Positions 60,876 to 64,000 of a DNA stretch of 64,000 nucleotides are shown here, in pieces (position 1 is the first letter of the stretch; each line of letters opens with the position of its first letter). The stretch is taken from NCBI RefSeq assembly GCF_032444005.1, contig NC_091283.1, positions 833,776,001 through 833,840,000 of the forward strand, written 5' to 3'. The DNA comes from Ranitomeya imitator. Taxonomy: Eukaryota. The notes under the pieces were generated by a model that was not told the origin of the DNA, made no database searches, and worked only from the letters and a program-made list of their open reading frames with translations. A program made the translations under genes and the position numbers.

Positions 60876-63793
60876 AAGAAGAGGGGACGGGAAGAAAAAC
60901 ATTAGACTCGAACAAAGACGACCCAGGAAAACATACTCAGAAGGGAGGTAAGAACATTTCTAAAACAATCCACAGCGAGGAGATTGGAACAAAACAAAAT
61001 CCTCTAAACTGCATGCTCGCAAACGCCAGAAGCCTGACAAACAAGATGGAAGAACTAGAAGCAGAAATATCTACAGGTAACTTTGACATAGTGGGAATAA
61101 CCGAGACATGGTTAGATGAAAGCTATGACTGGGCAGTTAACTTACAGGGTTACAGTCTGTTTAGAAAGGATCGTAAAAATCGGAGAGGAGGAGGGGTTTG
61201 TCTCTATGTAAAGTCTTGTCTAAAGTCCACTTTAAGGGAGGATATTAGCGAAGGGAATGAGGATGTCGAGTCCATATGGGTTGAAATTCATGGAGGGAAA
61301 AATGGTAACAAAATTCTCATTGGGGTCTGTTACAAACCCCCAAATATAACAGAAAGCATGGAAAGTCTACTTCTAAAGCAGATAGATGAAGCTGCAACCC
61401 ATAATGAGGTCCTGGTTATGGGGGACTTTAACTACCCGGATATTAACTGGGAAACAGAAACCTGTGAAACCCATAAAGGCAACAGGTTTCTGCTAATAAC
61501 CAAGAAAAATTATCTTTCACAATTGGTGCAGAATCCAACCAGAGGAGCAGCACTTTTAGACCTAATACTATCTAATAGACCTGACAGAATAACAAATCTG
61601 CAGGTGGTCGGGCATCTAGGAAATAGCGACCACAATATTGTACAGTTTCACCTGTCTTTCACTAGGGGGACTTGTCAGGGAGTCACAAAAACACTGAACT
61701 TTAGGAAGGCAAAGTTTGAACAGCTTAGAGATGCCCTTAATCTGGTAGACTGGGACAATATCCTCAGAAATGAGAATACAGATAATAAATGGGAAATGTT
61801 TAAGAACATCCTAAATAGGCAGTGTAAGCGGTTTATACCTTGTGGGAATAAAAGGACTAGAAATAGGAAAAACCCAATGTGGCTAAACAAAGAAGTAAGA
61901 CAGGCAATTAACAGTAAAAAGAAAGCATTTGCACTACTAAAGCAGGATGGCACCATTGAAGCTCTAAAAAACTATAGGGAGAAAAATACTTTATCTAAAA
62001 AACTAATTAAAGCTGCCAAAAAGGAAACAGAGAAGCACATTGCTAAGGAGAGTAAAACTAATCCCAAACTGTTCTTCAACTATATCAATAGTAAAAGAAT
62101 AAAAACTGAAAATGTAGGCCCCTTAAAAAATAGTGAGGAAAGAATGGTTGTAGATGACGAGGAAAAAGCTAACATATTAAACACCTTCTTCTCCACGGTA
62201 TTCACGGTGGAAAATGAAATGCTAGGTGAAATCCCAAGAAACAATGAAAACCCTATATTAAGAGTCACCAATCTAACCCAAGAAGAGGTGCGAAACCGGC
62301 TAAATAAGATTAAAATAGATAAATCTCCGGGTCCGGATGGCATACACCCACGAGTACTAAGAGAACTAAGTAATGTAATAGATAAACCATTATTTCTTAT
62401 TTTTAGTGACTCTATAGCGACAGGGTCTGTTCCGCAGGACTGGCGCATAGCAAATGTGGTGCCAATATTCAAAAAGGGCTCTAAAAGTGAACCTGGAAAT
62501 TATAGGCCAGTAAGTCTAACCTCTATTGTTGGTAAAATATTTGAAGGGTTTCTGAGGGATGTTATTCTGGATTATCTCAATGAGAATAACTGTTTAACTC
62601 CATATCAGCATGGGTTTATGAGAAATCGCTCCTGTCAAACCAATCTAATCAGTTTTTATGAAGAGGTAAGCTATAGGCTGGACCACGGTGAGTCATTGGA
62701 CGTGGTATATCTCGATTTTTCCAAAGCGTTTGATACCGTGCCGCACAAGAGGTTGGTACACAAAATGAGAATGCTTGGTCTGGGGGAAAATGTGTGTAAA
62801 TGGGTTAGTAACTGGCTTAGTGATAGAAAGCAGAGGGTGGTTATAAATGGTATAGTCTCTAACTGGGTCGCTGTGACCAGTGGGGTACCGCAGGGGTCAG
62901 TATTGGGACCTGTTCTCTTCAACATATTCATTAATGATCTGGTAGAAGGTTTACACAGTAAAATATCGATATTTGCAGATGATACAAAACTATGTAAAGC
63001 AGTTAATACAAGAGAAGATAGTATTCTGCTACAGATGGATCTGGATAAGTTGGAAACTTGGGCTGAAAGGTGGCAGATGAGGTTTAACAATGATAAATGT
63101 AAGGTTATACACATGGGAAGAGGGAATCAATATCACCATTACACACTGAACGGGAAACCACTGGGTAAATCTGACAGGGAGAAGGACTTGGGGATTCTAG
63201 TTAATGATAAACTTACCTGGAGCAGCCAGTGCCAGGCAGCAGCTGCCAAGGCAAACAGGATCATGGGGTGCATTAAAAGAGGTCTGGATACACATGATGA
63301 GAGCATTATACTGCCTCTGTACAAATCCCTAGTTAGACCGCACATGGAGTACTGTGTCCAGTTTTGGGCACCGGTGCTCAGGAAGGATATAATGGAACTA
63401 GAGAGAGTACAAAGGAGGGCAACAAAATTAATAAAGGGGATGGGAGAACTACAATACCCAGATAGATTAGCGAAATTAGGATTATTTAGTCTAGAAAAAA
63501 GACGACTGAGGGGCGATCTAATAACCATGTATAAGTATATAAGGGGACAATACAAATATCTCGCTGAGGATCTGTTTATACCAAGGAAGGTGACGGGCAC
63601 AAGGGGGCATTCTTTGCGTCTGGAGGAGAGAAGGTTTTTCCACCAACATAGAAGAGGATTCTTTACTGTTAGGGCAGTGAGAATCTGGAATTGCTTGCCT
63701 GAGGAGGTGGTGATGGCGAACTCAGTCGAGGGGTTCAAGAGAGGCCTGGATGTCTTCCTGGAGCAGAACAATATTGTATCATACAATTATTAG
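60722..63793 (+). CDS. CR1 ORF2p: apurinic endonuclease plus reverse transcriptase (first ATG at 61013)
   Basis: NARS, GITETWL, MGDFNYP, LDLIL, SDHN; GPDGIHP, YRPVSLTS, YLDFSKAFDTV, GVPQGSVLGP, FADDTKL; no stops or frameshifts. Confidence 0.95.
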   Translation: MVQTTRIRIPGPRCELLVRWTPRQRRTTPQQTWETHIRQKTRYTHQEGVKLEEEGTGRKTLDSNKDDPGKHTQKGGKNISKTIHSEEIGTKQNPLNCMLANARSLTNKMEELEAEISTGNFDIVGITETWLDESYDWAVNLQGYSLFRKDRKNRRGGGVCLYVKSCLKSTLREDISEGNEDVESIWVEIHGGKNGNKILIGVCYKPPNITESMESLLLKQIDEAATHNEVLVMGDFNYPDINWETETCETHKGNRFLLITKKNYLSQLVQNPTRGAALLDLILSNRPDRITNLQVVGHLGNSDHNIVQFHLSFTRGTCQGVTKTLNFRKAKFEQLRDALNLVDWDNILRNENTDNKWEMFKNILNRQCKRFIPCGNKRTRNRKNPMWLNKEVRQAINSKKKAFALLKQDGTIEALKNYREKNTLSKKLIKAAKKETEKHIAKESKTNPKLFFNYINSKRIKTENVGPLKNSEERMVVDDEEKANILNTFFSTVFTVENEMLGEIPRNNENPILRVTNLTQEEVRNRLNKIKIDKSPGPDGIHPRVLRELSNVIDKPLFLIFSDSIATGSVPQDWRIANVVPIFKKGSKSEPGNYRPVSLTSIVGKIFEGFLRDVILDYLNENNCLTPYQHGFMRNRSCQTNLISFYEEVSYRLDHGESLDVVYLDFSKAFDTVPHKRLVHKMRMLGLGENVCKWVSNWLSDRKQRVVINGIVSNWVAVTSGVPQGSVLGPVLFNIFINDLVEGLHSKISIFADDTKLCKAVNTREDSILLQMDLDKLETWAERWQMRFNNDKCKVIHMGRGNQYHHYTLNGKPLGKSDREKDLGILVNDKLTWSSQCQAAAAKANRIMGCIKRGLDTHDESIILPLYKSLVRPHMEYCVQFWAPVLRKDIMELERVQRRATKLIKGMGELQYPDRLAKLGLFSLEKRRLRGDLITMYKYIRGQYKYLAEDLFIPRKVTGTRGHSLRLEERRFFHQHRRGFFTVRAVRIWNCLPEEVVMANSVEGFKRGLDVFLEQNNIVSYNY

Positions 63794-64000
63794 GTTCTGT
63801 AGAAGGACGTAGATCTGGGGATTTATTATGATGGAATATAGGCTGAACTGGATGGACAAATGTCTTTTTTCGGCCTTACTAACTATGTTACTATGTAGAA
63901 CTAAATGTGCACCGTGTGAATTTACCCTTAATTAAAAATATTCTGCAAATACTGGAGTGTTGGCAGAAAAATCCTGCTTTAAAATATGTGCGCATTTGGT

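Larger units (their letters stand above)
59032..63895 (+). mobile_element. Full-length CR1-clade LINE with a 5' tandem monomer array
   Basis: tagaac duplicated at 59026-59031 and 63896-63901; 3' tail ctaactatgttactatgt; ORF1 and ORF2 both intact. Confidence 0.93.

Noticed and set aside
61675-63786. Antisense ORFs (93-215 aa) over CR1 ORF2, and alternate-frame ORFs over Gypsy pol such as 54310-55044
   Set aside because: Shadow ORFs from codon bias of the real ORFs; no recognisable domains.

Overview
Vertebrate (most likely anuran/frog) genomic window covering the conserved GNB3-CDCA3-USP5-TPI1 gene cluster. It holds the last coding exon of GNB3 (+), the complete 5-coding-exon CDCA3 (-), the complete 20-exon USP5 (+, 854 aa long form, with the conserved 69-nt alternative donor) and exon 1 of TPI1 (+), whose intron 1 runs off the window. 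The rest is dense in mobile elements and tandem repeats. These include a structurally complete but mutated DIRS tyrosine-recombinase retrotransposon nested in two MITEs, an older fragmented DIRS interrupted by a hAT element and a SINE, an intact chromodomain Gypsy (Tf1/sushi-like) with near-identical LTRs, an intact full-length CR1 LINE, many T2/Kolobok- and Harbinger-type MITEs, and intronic minisatellites including a 5.4 kb, almost adenine-free 26-bp array. The most unusual signals are in the young retroelements. The CR1 has an L1-style 5' array of 126-bp, ATG-free, octamer-bearing monomers inside its target-site duplication, and a candidate -1 frameshift heptamer (GTTAAAC) joining ORF1 to ORF2. 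The Gypsy shows a self-priming signature, a 6-bp TSD and a putative intron that would excise its own primer-binding site. All calls come from reading the sequence by eye; no searches or computations were run.
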